DNA of 64,000 bases from Eledone cirrhosa (taxonomy: Eukaryota). The notes below the pieces were generated by a model. That model was given only the letters and a program-made list of their open reading frames with translations, searched no databases and was not told the DNA's origin. Positions 50,828 to 63,877 of this stretch are shown in pieces; the stretch's first letter is position 1, and each line of letters opens with the position of its first letter. The stretch is taken from the NCBI GenBank assembly GCA_964016885.1, contig OZ024744.1, positions 79,360,001 to 79,424,000 on the forward strand, given 5' to 3'. The translations under genes and the position numbers were made by a program.

Positions 50828-51745
50828 TTCCAGCGTTGCCTGGGTAAGTAAAATAATATCTGCTTTGATAAAAAGGTGTTGATCTTAGCGACTGCGAGTT
50901 TCTTGGAAATCGGTTGTAAGGTGTAGCAAATGGCGAAATGTTGAGTGAAATCATATGGAATATGTGGGAGGTGGAAAAAAATCGTATTTTGAAGAGTTAA
51001 ACGGCTGCCATGCTGTCCCTGAACAAAAAATGCAAAGTGTAAAGCTACTATAAGATGTGCAATGATAAGTTCTATTGTAGTATAAAAGTTGAACCAAATA
51101 AATTGATTTATGTGTGAGGTGGAGCCGAAGTTTCGAATTTGAATGAAATCGATTAAAAAATGTGGGACCTAGAGCCAAATAGGCGAAAATTTGAACGAAA
51201 AGGTGGTATTTGAGAATTTTTAAGTGGCTGCCACACTGTTCCTGAACAAAAAATCCAAAATGTAAAGCCACTTTAAGACGTGAAATAATCAGATCTAGCA
51301 TAGTGTAAAATTTGAACAAAGTAGGTTGATTAATGTGGGAGCTAGAGCTGAAAAAGTGAAAATTTGAGTCTAAAAGTGGTATTTTTGAATATTTAAGCGG
51401 CTGCTAAATGAACAACAAATGCAAAATATAAAGCCATTACAGAATGTGCAATGATAAATTCTATTTTGCTTTAAAATTTGAACGAAATCGGTGGCAAAAT
51501 GTGTGAGCCAGAGCCCAAAATCTTATTTTTCGATACCTAAAAAAAAAGGTAACCCCCTATCGATTTTTATCTGCAGAATGACCCCCAGAATAAAAAAAAC
51601 GATACGCTGATATATAGAAAACACTCCCCGATGACTAATCTAAGAGCCTGTAAAGTTTCATGAAAATCGGTTGTAAGATGTAGGCCCCTATAGGTAATAC
51701 ACAGAAACACACACACACACACATACTTAATTTTATATATATACA
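50828..51745 (+). mobile_element. Helitron-like non-autonomous element with three internal diverged repeats (51003, 51226, 51399)
   Basis: Start ccagcgttgcctggg; end aaagtttcatgaaaatcgg...(CA)n...ttttatatata. Confidence 0.5.
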
Positions 51746-51746
51746 C

Positions 51747-51782
<36 letters not shown>

Positions 51783-51800
51783 TATAATAATAATAATAAT

Positions 51801-54800
51801 AAAACCCCCAGCACCACCACCAACATAGCCAACAACAACATCAGGCAACTTCAACAAAAAGTATATTATATTATTAATAATAATTTCATTCTTAAGCCAC
51901 GCAATACTCACATTAAGGAACCACTCATGATAATAACAATTTAAAAAAAAAAAAAAAAAGAAAAAAGAAAACCCCGTGACCAAGAAATACCGGGATGGCG
52001 GCCGGCGGGGAATAGCCGTGTCTCTAGGGGAGGACGACCCCTCTAGTCTTGGTTGACACTCGTCCTAGAAGTGGTAACATGAAATGATTACCCCTTGGCG
52101 GTTAAGGATAAAACGCAACAAAATAAAGTAAATGTCAAATGATAAAATCTCATACCGGATTGGCCGTCACCCAGGTCAAAACGGGCCATGTCCCTCAGAG
52201 AGGAACCAGACTGGGGTCGAAAAATCAGCTAATGGTTCAAACCTTCCCATCACTTCGGGGCTGGAGACCTCCCATAACTGGAATGCTCCTACTGTTGGCC
52301 CTCCATGCTCACCACCAAGAAATCCAAAGAAAAAGAGAGAAAAATAAAGAAGTCCTTGAAGCTTTCTACACTGCCATGTACTACCCATCAAATACATCGA
52401 ATACAGAACAGACATATATCAACTGGAAAAAGAAACATCCCGAAAACAGAGGCTATATTGTCAGTAACAAACTAGCCAATATACGAAGAAATATTGTTAA
52501 AAAAAGTTACTAACTGATATAGAAATTGATCAGATCAAGCTATTAGTACAAAGTCAGCGAAGGGAAAATGAAACATGTGTCAGTGAAAACGAGGTAAACT
52601 GTAACACTTCGAATCCCAGGGTTGGGGCGGAATCACTGGCAACAGAACAAATTAAAGAAAGGATAAAAAAAGTGGAGGGAGTGCATGCTCACGATGAAAC
52701 CCAAAATGAAAACAATGAGATCGTAAATGATAAAGAAATGAATGAGAATGAACTTGCCAACTTGAAGGATGAAATTATGATCGAATGGATGAAAATGAAA
52801 GAATCTGACATGGGGGAACAAGACACTCTCCCTAAGATCCAGAACTCCAAAGAGAACCAAAAGATAATACACAAAACTAACATAATTCTCAAAAACATTA
52901 TCATCACAAACAAACTAAACATTACTGATCTAAATCATCTCTATTATGTATCGGCTAAAGTCACCACTCTCTTATGTGGAGTGAAGATGAAAAAACAAAG
53001 GAATTCCCACAAGAAATCTACTTGGCAAGAGAACATCAATCGCCAAATAAACCTTCTCCGATCTGACATAGAAATTTTAACAAACTACAAAGTAGGTGAA
53101 CATGTTAAACAAACTAAACTTAGAAAATTGAAAAGAAAATAGTATAAAATCAACAATTGACATAGACATGCTGATAGAAATAATCAAGCAAAAAGTGTCG
53201 GCCAAAGTTACTCGTATAAGGCGCTTTGAAAAACGATCTAGATTCTATAAGGACAATAATATGTTCAAAAACAACCAAAGAAACTTCTACAGAAAAATTG
53301 GCAAGTCAACAATAACTGCTAAATCAATACCACCCAAGGAGGAAGTGCAAGAATTCTGGGAAAAGATCTGGGCCGAAGAAAAAGTTCATAATATACATGC
53401 CCCATGGATAGACAGACAAATGAAAGATACAGCTCACCTTGAGGAACAAACATGGGAAAATATAACAGTTGAACAGTTGCGTTTGGCTCTTAGAAAAACC
53501 AGCAAATGGAAATCCCCAGGAAAAGACAAAATACCAAATTTTTGGATAAATGCCTTCACAGAGTCTCATGAGCCGTTAGCCCAACTTTACAATGAAATAG
53601 TTAAGGAGCCAGAAAAGATACCATCATGGCTAGTTAACGGCATTACATTCCTACTTCCAAAGAATGATGAGACAAACAATCCCCAAAATTACAGACCGAT
53701 AACTTGCTTGACCACAATGTATAAAATTTTAACATCAGTCCTAACTGAATATACATTTGACCACCAGATAACAAATGATCTATTTCCCAAGGAGCAGAAA
53801 GGGTGTAAACGAGGCTCATATGGCTGTAAAGATTAGCTTTTGGTTAACAAAATGATACTGGAAGATTGTCATAATAGACACAAAAATCTATCAATTGCTT
53901 GGATAGATTATAAAAAAGCATTCGATAGTTTGCCACACAGTTGGAATGAAAAATGTTTAGAGATTTTCAAAATATCTCCCGTTGTCAGGAGGTTCCTGTC
54001 ATTCAGTATGAAGACATGGAAAATGACACTCCTTTTGAATAGTGAAAAAAAATCACTGGAAGCTGGAGAAGTTAATATTAATTGTGGAATTTTTCAGGGT
54101 GACTCTTTATCACCGCTTTTATTCTGCATCGCACTTATACCATTAAGTAAAATGCTCAATGAAACAAAACATGGATATAAAGTCTATGACAAAACCATTA
54201 ATCACTTGTTCTATATGGATGACCTGAAACTATTTGCAAAAAATGAAGAACAATTGCAAGGGCTATTATCTACTGTGAAGCAGTCCAGTGATGACATTAA
54301 AATGGAGTTTGGACTAGATAAATGAGCCAAAGCCACGTTCACCAGAGGAAAGCTGCTGAAAAGTTCAGACATTAATCTTGATCGGCGAAATGTGATAAGA
54401 GAACTTGATCAAGAGGAAACTTACAAATATCTAGGTGTTTGTGAAGGAGACGGAATCAAGCACTCGACAATGAGGAAAAGGATAAGGAAGGAATGTTACC
54501 GCAGAGTAAGAGCAATCTTAAGAACGGAATTGAATGCAAGGAATAGGATCGATACCATAAACACGCTTGCCATACCAGTAGTAACCTACAGTTACAATGT
54601 CATCAACTGGTCAAGCACAGGGATCCGTAGGCTCAATACAAAAATTAGAAAATTCTTAACCATGCACAGAATGCATCACCCTAAGGCAGATACAGATAGA
54701 ATATATCTCCCTAGGAAAGAAGGAGGATGTGGGTTAATCCAGTTAGATATTGCGTTGAAAACTGCAACAATTGGATTATCTACATATCTAAGAGAATCAC

Positions 54801-55919
54801 ATGATTGGATGATCAAACTCGTTTTGAAACACGAAAGCATCAAAAGATCATACTCCATTACACAAGATGCACAAAGATACAGTAATGGACTACAAATTTC
54901 AGAAGTTCCATTTACTGCTGTAATGAAAAACACAGAAAAAGCAAAGCAGGTAAAAGTAACAGCAAAGAAAGAACTGCTACAGAAATTGGCTAAGAAATGG
55001 CAAGAAAAGCCTCTGTATGGAAAATATCCAGAAAGAGCTAACAATCCTGATGTTGACAAAACTTTAACCCATCAGTGGTTGGCATCCTCTGGACTGAAAT
55101 CGGAGACTGAAGGACTGATTATATCAGCACAAGATCAGTGTCTGCCAACAAATAATTACCAAGCCAACATAATAAAAAATGGATGCAACCCATTATGCTG
55201 TGTATGCAAAAAACAACCAGAGACCATTGATCATATAATTTCAATGTGCAGTCCTATAGCTCCAACCGAATACCTAAACAGGCATGACAGAACTTCACAA
55301 TACATACATTGGATAATGTGTAAGCATTTTGACCTGCCCCATCAAAAGAATTGGTGGGAGCATCAACCATCTCCCATACTTGAAAAAAATCACATCTCAA
55401 TCTTGTGAAACTTTAGCATCCAAACAGACTGAAAAATAAATGCAAATAGACCTGATATAATACTGAAGAACGTTAAAAAGAGGGTATGCCTGCTAATTGA
55501 TATGTCCGTTCCAATAGACAAGAATGTATCTATAAAAAAATTTGAAAAATTGAGCAAGTATAAGGACCGGTGATAGGAACTGGAAAAATGTGGAAATTGA
55601 GAACTAAGACAATACCAGTGGTTGTAGGCGCTCTAGGAATGATACCTAAGGGGTCTAATGATTACTTATCGCAAATCCCAGGAAACCCGCGTATAGGAGA
55701 AATACAAAAGATAGTACTAATGGGAACTGCCCATATACTAAGGAAGATTCTGTCAATATAAGTACATCACAAGTCTAAACACCTAAAGATGCATGTGTGA
55801 GTATGTATGTTCTTTCTTGAACATGGTGGACCTTGTTGTCTCTTGAGGTCACTGGTTGTGACTTGGTGATAACTCGTATGAACATAAAGCAAGATAAATG
55901 CAACTGTAATAATAATAAT
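51801..55919 (+). mobile_element. R4/Dong-like RLE LINE (family A), near full length, between (TAA)n tracts
   Basis: (TAA)n at 51784-51800 and 55907-55919; GC-rich 5' UTR; single long broken ORF. Confidence 0.9.
52132..55761 (+). pseudogene. Dong-like ORF (RT, CCHC, restriction-like endonuclease) with several stops and frameshifts
   Basis: KWKSPGKD, NYRPITCL, EQKGC, WIDYKKAFDS, GIFQGDSLSPLLF, YMDDLKL, YKYLG, CCVC..ETIDHIISMC, RHD, RPDI. Confidence 0.93.
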
Positions 55920-56022
55920 TGTTTCTACTTTTGGCACAAGGCCAGCAATTACCCAGTGCATTACTGGTACTTTATTTTATCGACCCCGTAAGGATGAAAG
56001 ACAAAGTCAACCTCGGCGGGAT
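55917..56022 (-). mobile_element. 5'-truncated Nin-SINE inserted in (TAA)n
   Basis: Reverse complement of the SINE 3' half, flanked by (TAA)n on both sides. Confidence 0.85.
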
Positions 56023-56579
56023 TATAATAATAATAATAATAATAATAATTCATCGGGTGAAGAATCCTTGGGAGGCGTGAAGATCAAGAGAGGTATCTTC
56101 CAGGGAGATAGTTTGTCCCCTCTGCTGTTTGTCCTTGTCCTGATACCCCTGTCCGTTATATTGCGAAAAGTGAGAGCAGGATACAAGTTGTGAAAAGGAG
56201 AGCTTACCATCAACCACCTCATCTTCATGGACGATCTTAAACTCTTTGGGAAGAGTGAGGAGGAGTTGGATGTACTTGTTGACACTGTCCGTATTTTCAG
56301 CAATGATATATGTACGGAATTTGGTATTAATAAGAGTGGAGTCCTAGTGATGAAGAGGGGTAAATTGAGCAGAAGCAATGGAATCCAGGTACCAACAGGT
56401 GAGATGATAAAGGAAATTGACACTGAAGAAGGATACAAATATTTAGGTGTTCTGGAGGCAGATGACATCAAAAACAAAAAAAATGAAGGAATTGATAAGA
56501 TCTGAGTACATTAGGAGAGTAAGTAGCGTATTAAAATCACATCTAAATAGTAGGAATGTCATAAGTGCAGTGAATTCCC

Positions 56580-56964
56580 GAGGCACATGGCTTAGTGGTT
56601 AGAGCATTGGCCTTGTAATCGAAAGGTTGTGAGTTCAATTCTCAGACCAAGTGATATGTTGTTTCTTTGAGCAAGTCACTTTATTTCACATTGCTCCAGT
56701 TTACTCAGCTGTAGAAATGAGATGATAGGGACTGGGGTCCCTATCATTCCACTGCAAAGTGGTCGTGGAGGTGCCACAGCAAAAAAGCACCCAGCCCACA
56801 CTGTAAAGTGGACGTGTAGGCACCATGGAAAAAAAGAACCCAGCACTCACTGTAAATGAGGTTGGTGTTAGGAAGGGCATCCAGCTGTAGAAATCAAGCC
56901 AGAATCAGTTGCCATCCCACCCTTGCAGGCAGGGAAAAGCGGACGTAAAATGATGATGATGATG
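56580..56964 (+). mobile_element. CORE-type SINE with RTE tail (long form, two pseudoknot modules)
   Basis: Same head as 14012; (GAT)n tail. Confidence 0.85.
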
Positions 56965-57514
56965 AAGGCTATCATTGATAATGTAAGAAAACAAGGCCTT
57001 GTTGTAATGTATGCATTTGTGCAATAATAAAAAGAATGGCATTTACTGTACTTCTGTAATGTAATGAGGGTCGTGTTTGCCTGAGAGCTAGAGAGAGACA
57101 GAGAGAGAGAGACCTGAATGGTGATTTGTTTGAGACTACATCTTAACGGCTTGGAATCAACTCTGCAACTCCCTGCTTTGACTCTGGGAGCTGGCTATTT
57201 ATTACTATCGCTTATTCTGCCCCCAGAACACAATACAAAACAAATGGCACTAAAGTCAGATTGGCTGCTTGATAATGTGAAAGAAACTCTATTGACGAGA
57301 GCATCAAATTACTGCTACACACACACATCAACCTTTTTGTAATTATCGTTGTTGTGGTGTAAGTACGGCCGCTATATTCAGTCTATTTTCTTGGTGTCAC
57401 ACTTTTGCTCTTGTCGATAATGTTTAGCTTTTCGATTCAATGAGTGCTTTGTGATTGCCTCAAACAACTCTATTAGTACCTGATATATTGTGGATACAAC
57501 TTCAATTCATACCC

Positions 57515-57578
<64 letters not shown>

Positions 57579-57727
57579 GGATACAAATATTTAGGTGTTC
57601 TGGAGGCAGATGACATCAAAAACAAAAAAATGAAGGAATTGATAAGATCTGAGTACATTAGGAGAGTAAGTAGCGTATTAAAATCACATCTAAATAGTAG
57701 GAATGTCATAAGTGCAGTGAATTCCCG

Positions 57728-58074
57728 AGGCACATGGCTTAGTGGTTAGAGCATTGGCCTTGCAATCGAAAGGTTGTGAGTTCAATTCTCAGACCGAGTG
57801 ATGTGTTGTTTCCTTGAGCAAGACACTTTCTTTCACATTGCTCCAGTTTACTCAGCTGTAGAAATGAGATGATAGGGACTCGGGTCCATATCATTCCACT
57901 GCAAAGTGGTCGTGGAGGTACCACGGCAAAAAAGTACCCAGCACTCACTGTAAATGAGGTTGGTGTTAGGAAGGGCATCCAGCTGTAGAAATCAAGCCAG
58001 AATCAGTTCCCGTCCCACCCTTGCAAGCAGGGAAAAAGTGGACGTAAAATGAAATGATGATGATGATGATGATG
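57728..58074 (+). mobile_element. CORE-type SINE with RTE tail (short form)
   Basis: Near-identical to 14012-14345; (GAT)n tail. Confidence 0.85.
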
Positions 58075-59227
58075 TCTATTATTAGGTACAGTGCAGGAAT
58101 TCTGAAATGGAATGTTGCTGAACAAAAAGAAATGGATAGGAAGACTAGGAAGCTATTGACTATCTACAACATGTTCCATAAGAGGAGTGATGTCGATAGA
58201 CTCTACTTAAAGAGATCTGAAGGTGGAAGAGGTCTTATCAGCATAGAGGACTGTGTTCAGATGGAGAAAAACAACCTGCACAAATACGTGACTGACAGTA
58301 GGGAGCCAATGCTCAAAATTGTACTGAAGGAGAAGACAATAGACCAGGGGATGTCCAAGGAGGAAATAACAACAAGGAGGAAGAGCAGCCTTCATGAAAA
58401 ATCCCTTCATAGTACCTTCTTTAAGAAAACTGATTTTAGAGATCCACAGACATGGAACTGGTTAAAAAGAGGAGACCTTAAAAAAGCTACAGAAGGAATG
58501 CTAATGGCTGCGCAAGAGCAAGCCCTCAGAACGAAGTGGGTGAAACACCATATTGACAAGGAGGAGGCTAGCCCAATGTGTAGGATCTGTGGGGAGAGAG
58601 AGGAGACTGTGTGGCTCACATTGTATCCGAGTGTAAACACCTAGCCCAGACTCACTGTAAAGGCTGGAAACATGATGTGATGGGCAGGGTGATCCACTGG
58701 CACCTATGCAAAGTAAACAATTTACCACATTCTGAGAAGTGGTATGAGCATAAGCCAGAGTCGGTGATAGAAAACGATCAGGTGAAGGTGCTGTGGGATT
58801 TTAGGATACAGACGGTCAAGAAACTGGAACACAATAGACCTGACATGGTGGTTTTGGACAAGGAAAAGAGATCGTGCCTGATTGTGGATGTGGCCTGCCC
58901 ATTCGACACGAGAGTGCAAGAAAGGAGAGGGAGAAAATTAACCGATACCAGGACTTAAAGTGGGAGTTAAAAAGGATTTGGAACTGACATGATTGTCATA
59001 GGCGCACTAGGTACTATCTCAAAAAGTTTCCAAGGATGGTTAAAGAAGATTAGTCCAGCCCCGCTTTTTGGAACACTTCAAAAGGCATGTTTGCTGGGAA
59101 CAGCAAGAACCCTCCGATACGTCCTGAATATCTGAGGCTGCAGGTAGTGGCTTGATATTCATTTCAACAAACTTTCCAGTTAAATAACATCAATGACTGA
59201 GACTCAAAGAACAACAATAATAATAAT

Positions 59228-59342
59228 AATTGTTTCGACTTTTTGGCACAAGGCCAGCAATTAATCAGTACATTACTGGTACTTATTTTATCGATCCCGT
59301 AAAGATGAAAGGCAGAGTTAACCTCGGCGGGATTTGAACTCA
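59228..59342 (-). mobile_element. 5'-truncated Nin-SINE inserted in (TAA)n
   Basis: Same arrangement as 55917-56022. Confidence 0.82.
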
Positions 59343-59559
59343 ATAATAATAATAATAATAATAATAACTAATCATAGCAAAATGACCTATGAAATCTGTC
59401 TCTGAGTACACATACTAACAATTGACAAATAGTGATATGTGGAGAAAATGTTATGACATTACCAGAAAATTTACTATGAAGGTTAACATAACATATCACA
59501 CTGTTATTATCAAATATCAACCAACATATAAAAAACTTTGATATGCGATAGACATAACA

Positions 59560-59775
59560 TATAAAGTGGTCATGTAGGAGACACGGCAAAAGCACCCAGC
59601 ACACACTGTAAATATGGCTGGTGTTAGGAAGGGCATCCAGCTATAGAAATCTAGCCAGAAACAGTTCTGTATGAGCAGGATACAGTCACTTTACCCAACC
59701 TGCCTCAAATGGGACAACCTGTCTAACCCATGCTAGCCTGGAAGGTGGACGTTAAACGGCGATGATGATGATGAT
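59560..59775 (+). mobile_element. RTE 3' UTR fragment
   Basis: gtgttaggaagggcatccagc...ccatgctagcctgg...(GAT)n. Confidence 0.8.
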
Positions 59776-60305
59776 ATACAAATAAATGTGTGTTTTGGTA
59801 GTTTGGGGAGAAAAATATAATTATTTGAAGGGCCAAGCATCCCCCCCACCCTCCTGGTCCCTCCCAGTTCCACCACCCCTGCAATACCAATAATTATTAA
59901 TCTCCACAGCTCATTCGTCCATAGTAATAATTAATCAATCAGGCGATCAATAAAATAACAAAGAGGCTGTAGGTAGACAGCAAGAGACAACCTTATCCAC
60001 CGTTATTTTTCATAGTCATCAATAAATCTCAAGTTTAACATCAGTCTTCCTCCTAGTCCATTCCTTGATGTTGCTCAACTACCCTGGCCTTTCTTTAGTA
60101 AAACACATCTGGATAAACAGTGTAATTGATGAAATAAATACCGCAGTTATTTACTATTTTGATAGAATCTAATACGGAATTATTAACTTCTCGAGTCTGA
60201 AATATCTGATAAAAGAAAAAAAAAGTCATTAATAGACATTTCATTTCGTGTTGGTCGCTTTTGTATTTAGGAGGTAAGATGGGGAGAGAACCTTAACTAG
60301 ACTCC

Positions 60306-60521
60306 TTAACCTTTTAACATTTGCATTACTCTATGTTTACTATTGTATTTTCATGGTAAACACTTTATCTCACATAATATTGAATCTATGAGATTTTGAT
60401 ATTATCTAATTTGAGAACAATACCTTAACATAAATTTGAACAGCTGGTTATGGCTGGTTTGAATAAAAAGAGGTGAGAGAATTCTGGCTAGATATAGCCA
60501 GTTTAAATGCTAAAGGGTTAA
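60306..60521. mobile_element. TTAA-flanked MITE (piggyBac-like ends); related pieces at 47859-48000 and 60530-60614
   Basis: ttaa-ccttttaacattt ... aaatgctaaaggg-ttaa imperfect TIRs. Confidence 0.55.
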
Positions 60522-61739
60522 CATCAGTATGAGTGGCTAGTTACAGCCAGTTTGAACAGAAAGAAGTGAGAGAATTCTGGCTGGATACGGGTGGTTTAAA
60601 TGCTAAAGGATTAAAGAATAAAGAATATGGGGGCTAGGGACAGATTCTTCAAGGTGAGTAACAAAAATTTGTTGCAAGAGAAATGGATAAAGTAATTGAA
60701 GTAGGTAAAGTATTTGACAAAATAATTAAAGTTGGACAAGTAACAGACATGATGGCAGCAACAGTTATTTCTTCATCTATATCACAATCAGGTCTGACAG
60801 TTTTACAAAAGGACTGCTTCTATGAAGCCATTTTACAGACTATATCGACCTCATTAACATAGTTGGTTACTCTTAACGACCTGTAACACATGAAATGGCA
60901 TTAGCATTTTTGTAAAGTATAAAACAGCACTATGACTACATTACGTTAACCTAACAGAAAAACCACCGTTTCGGTGGTTTTCTGCTAACATGTGTAGTGT
61001 GCATATTGATATCATATGCAAATATATATGCATGTAGATTTGATACATCAAATGAAAAGTAAATTGACAATATGCACAGAAATTGAAGAGAGACTGTGTT
61101 ACACTCTCTTCTATAATCAGTAAAGTAATCCATGATACATTTAAAAAAGACGATATTATAACTGCATTACGGCGAAATGTTATGAAAACGGAAAAGGAGA
61201 AAATAAGATTAGCGACGGAAATATAAATACTATGATAGAACGATGGAAATATGTAAACGATGCAAATATATAAATGTTTATGTAAGCGATGTGATATAGT
61301 ATATGGCAAAGTGTTATGATATAAAGGACACTAATGGAAGTGTTGATATTTGAAAATTTTAAAAGAAATGAATCTTGAAATAAGCAATACATGATATATA
61401 AGAATATCTATATTAAATCAACAGCTAAGAAATTTAGTAGATAAATTACATAATATTCATTCATGATTTATTCAAAGTAATCCAATTTATTTTGATAACA
61501 TGTTGAGAGAAAATATCCCTGACACAGTCCCACAGTCCTCCAATCATTATATAGTAGAAAGTGAAGTCTTTTACTCTAATAATTCACATTTTCTCAATAA
61601 TCTATCCATCAGTAAACATATGAGGGTCAGTTGAATAGTTCATAGGCTGACTATGAAGGAGTGATGCTAGGGCTGTGAAATCTTGCATGCTTTAATTTTA
61701 ACTCTTCCTTATTAATAACTACATTGTTTTTGTTTTTTT

Positions 61740-61935
61740 TCAAGGTGAAAAAGTGCCAGGAAATCCCAGTAATAGACCAAGGAAGACCTGGGCAGAGGCA
61801 TTGAGAGCTGACTCACAGAGGTAACATGACATGTGGAGAGATGCTGTGCTGAAAAGGACCCATCCAACCCATGAAAGCATGGAAAAGTGGAAATAAAGAT
61901 GACAACGATGATGATGATGATGATGATGATGATGA
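61740..61935 (+). mobile_element. Degenerate RTE 3' end (family D-like)
   Basis: aagtgccaggaaatcccagta...gaccaaggaagacctgg...ccatgaaagcatgg...(GAT)n, similar to 25900-26108. Confidence 0.7.
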
Positions 61936-62187
61936 GCATGAGCTCTCATTCCCCTCTTATATATCACGTGACCATACCAGTCCTATAGGTCTCTCTTTCA
62001 CACTCACTCAATTCATTTTAATCTCAGTTTTTCAGTTTTTCTCTCTGCTCACTCATGGATAAATTGATTTAAAAGAGATGCTAACAATTTTTAGTTAGTT
62101 GGTCTGACGAGGATGTTTGTAAGATACAGAATTTTCCTTGCAAGCAATCCAGAAGATCATTTAAGTTAAAGCTTCAGGAAAAACACA

Positions 62188-62346
62188 CTGTTGCTGCTGT
62201 TGTTGCTGTTGGTTTCTGTTGTTGTTATTGTCGGTGTTGCTGGTGGTTGTTGTTGTTGTTGCTGCTGTTGTTGTTGCCGTTGTTATTGGTTGCTGTTGTT
62301 GTTGTTGTTGCTGCTGTTGTTGTTGCCGTTGTTATTGGTTGCTGTT

Positions 62347-62397
<51 letters not shown>

Positions 62398-62398
62398 C

Positions 62399-62430
<32 letters not shown>

Positions 62431-62449
62431 GCTGTTGTTGTTGTTGTTG

Positions 62450-62480
<31 letters not shown>

Positions 62481-62567
62481 TGATGCTGCTGTTGCTGCTG
62501 CTATTGTTGCTGTTTTTGCTGCTGATGCTGCTGTTGCTGCTGCTATTGTTGCTGTTTTTGCTGCTGT

Positions 62568-62602
<35 letters not shown>

Positions 62603-62617
62603 TTTTTTGTTGTTGTT
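62188..62617. repeat. (TTG)n/(CTG)n compound trinucleotide tract
   Basis: Directly visible. Confidence 0.95.
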
Positions 62618-62889
62618 TTTCTTAATACTCTACTAATTTACATAATTACTCTGAATGAATTATTTTTCTAATCAACGACTATTTTCAATGTTTATTACTG
62701 TGCTTCAGGGGACAAAATACTGTTAGATTGTTGTTTGTTTTTTCTGCCAAGAGCTAAAACAGGCAATTGAGTTACATGATTTCTTTTTATATTAGACTAA
62801 ACAAATCCAGTTGATTCACCTTTGGAGAATGCTTTCTGTACTTGGTGATAAATAGATAGAGAGGAATACAAAGACATAGAAAGAGTAAT

Positions 62890-62962
62890 ATAGTTGTCCC
62901 CCAGTATTTGCAGGGGTTACATTCCTAGAGCACCTGCGAAGAGTGAAAAACCGTGAATATTG
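62890..62962 (+). mobile_element. Tigger/pogo-like terminal fragment
   Basis: tagttgtcccccagtatttgcaggggttacattcc resembles Tigger-type TIR starts (from recall). Confidence 0.4.
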
Positions 62963-63525
62963 GGTGAGGTCCATAAAAATGTCTATAAGCATCAAAACAT
63001 AATGTAAAATATAGGCTGGCAAATGACCTTTATTGAAATGGAACCAGCAGGAGGGCACTTTTACAGCCCCTTTCTTAAACACTCTTTAAAAAGAACCCAA
63101 CAGCACTCCCAATCAATTATTTTGCTGTCACCATTCACCATTTTCTGTGTATATATGTATATATATGTGTATATGTGTATATGTGTATATGTGTATATGT
63201 GTGTGTGTATATGTGTATGCTTTAATTCCTTTAAATCTTCATCAACACTCCTTCACTCCCACACTCATTAACACCCCACCTCACTCACCAGACACATCCA
63301 AATCTCTCATATATATATAGAGTCACACATCACAACACAACCTGACCTCAGTTTGACAATCGCACCAACGAATGCGAGAAAGTTCTCCAGGAAAGTTAAC
63401 CAGGAATCTTTAAAAATCTTCCCACCGAAGTTAACAAAGAACTTTCTAGATCTACCAACTCATAATATTATAAAATTATATAAAATTGTTTAGAACTACA
63501 TGTGAAGTCATTCTTTTCCTTTTTT

Positions 63526-63573
<48 letters not shown>

Positions 63574-63587
63574 GATGATGATATATA

Positions 63588-63758
63588 TACCGTATTTCCC
63601 GGCATCGAAGATGCTACTTTTTTTCCTAAAATAAGTCTCAAAAATCTACCATGCGTCCTGGAGGCCAAAGGTTGTTTATTAATTTTTTTCAAATATTTGG
63701 TTGTCAAAATTAGGGTGTGTCCTCAAGGACAAAGTCTCTTTGGCACCAGGAAATATAT
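63588..63758. mobile_element. pogo/Tc1-type MITE relic
   Basis: ta-ccgtatttcccgg ... ccaggaaata imperfect inverted ends. Confidence 0.4.
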
Positions 63759-63877
63759 AATTAATTACAAAAGTGACATATACAGGTGCTTAAGTTTCAT
63801 TGGGGGTATTCACCCCAACTTATTCAGCATGTCATATAAAACACCTGTACAATTTGTACTACAGTGTATATACATAA

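Larger units (their letters stand above)
56050..59230 (+). mobile_element. R4/Dong-like LINE (family B), 5'-truncated, interrupted by CORE-SINEs and a duplicated segment
   Basis: GIFQGDSLSPLLF, FMDDLKLF, YKYLG (56050-56580), duplicate 57579-57728, resumes at 58074 (SIIRYSAG...CRIC...NRPD); (TAA)n tail. Confidence 0.88.

Noticed and set aside
59950-60120. Possible host exon on the - strand
   Set aside because: All three frames stop shortly after the candidate acceptor; short or non-coding exons cannot be excluded without RNA data.
60958-60981. aaaaccaccg-ttt-cggtggtttt terminator-like hairpin
   Set aside because: Eukaryotic context with no gene; an isolated palindrome.
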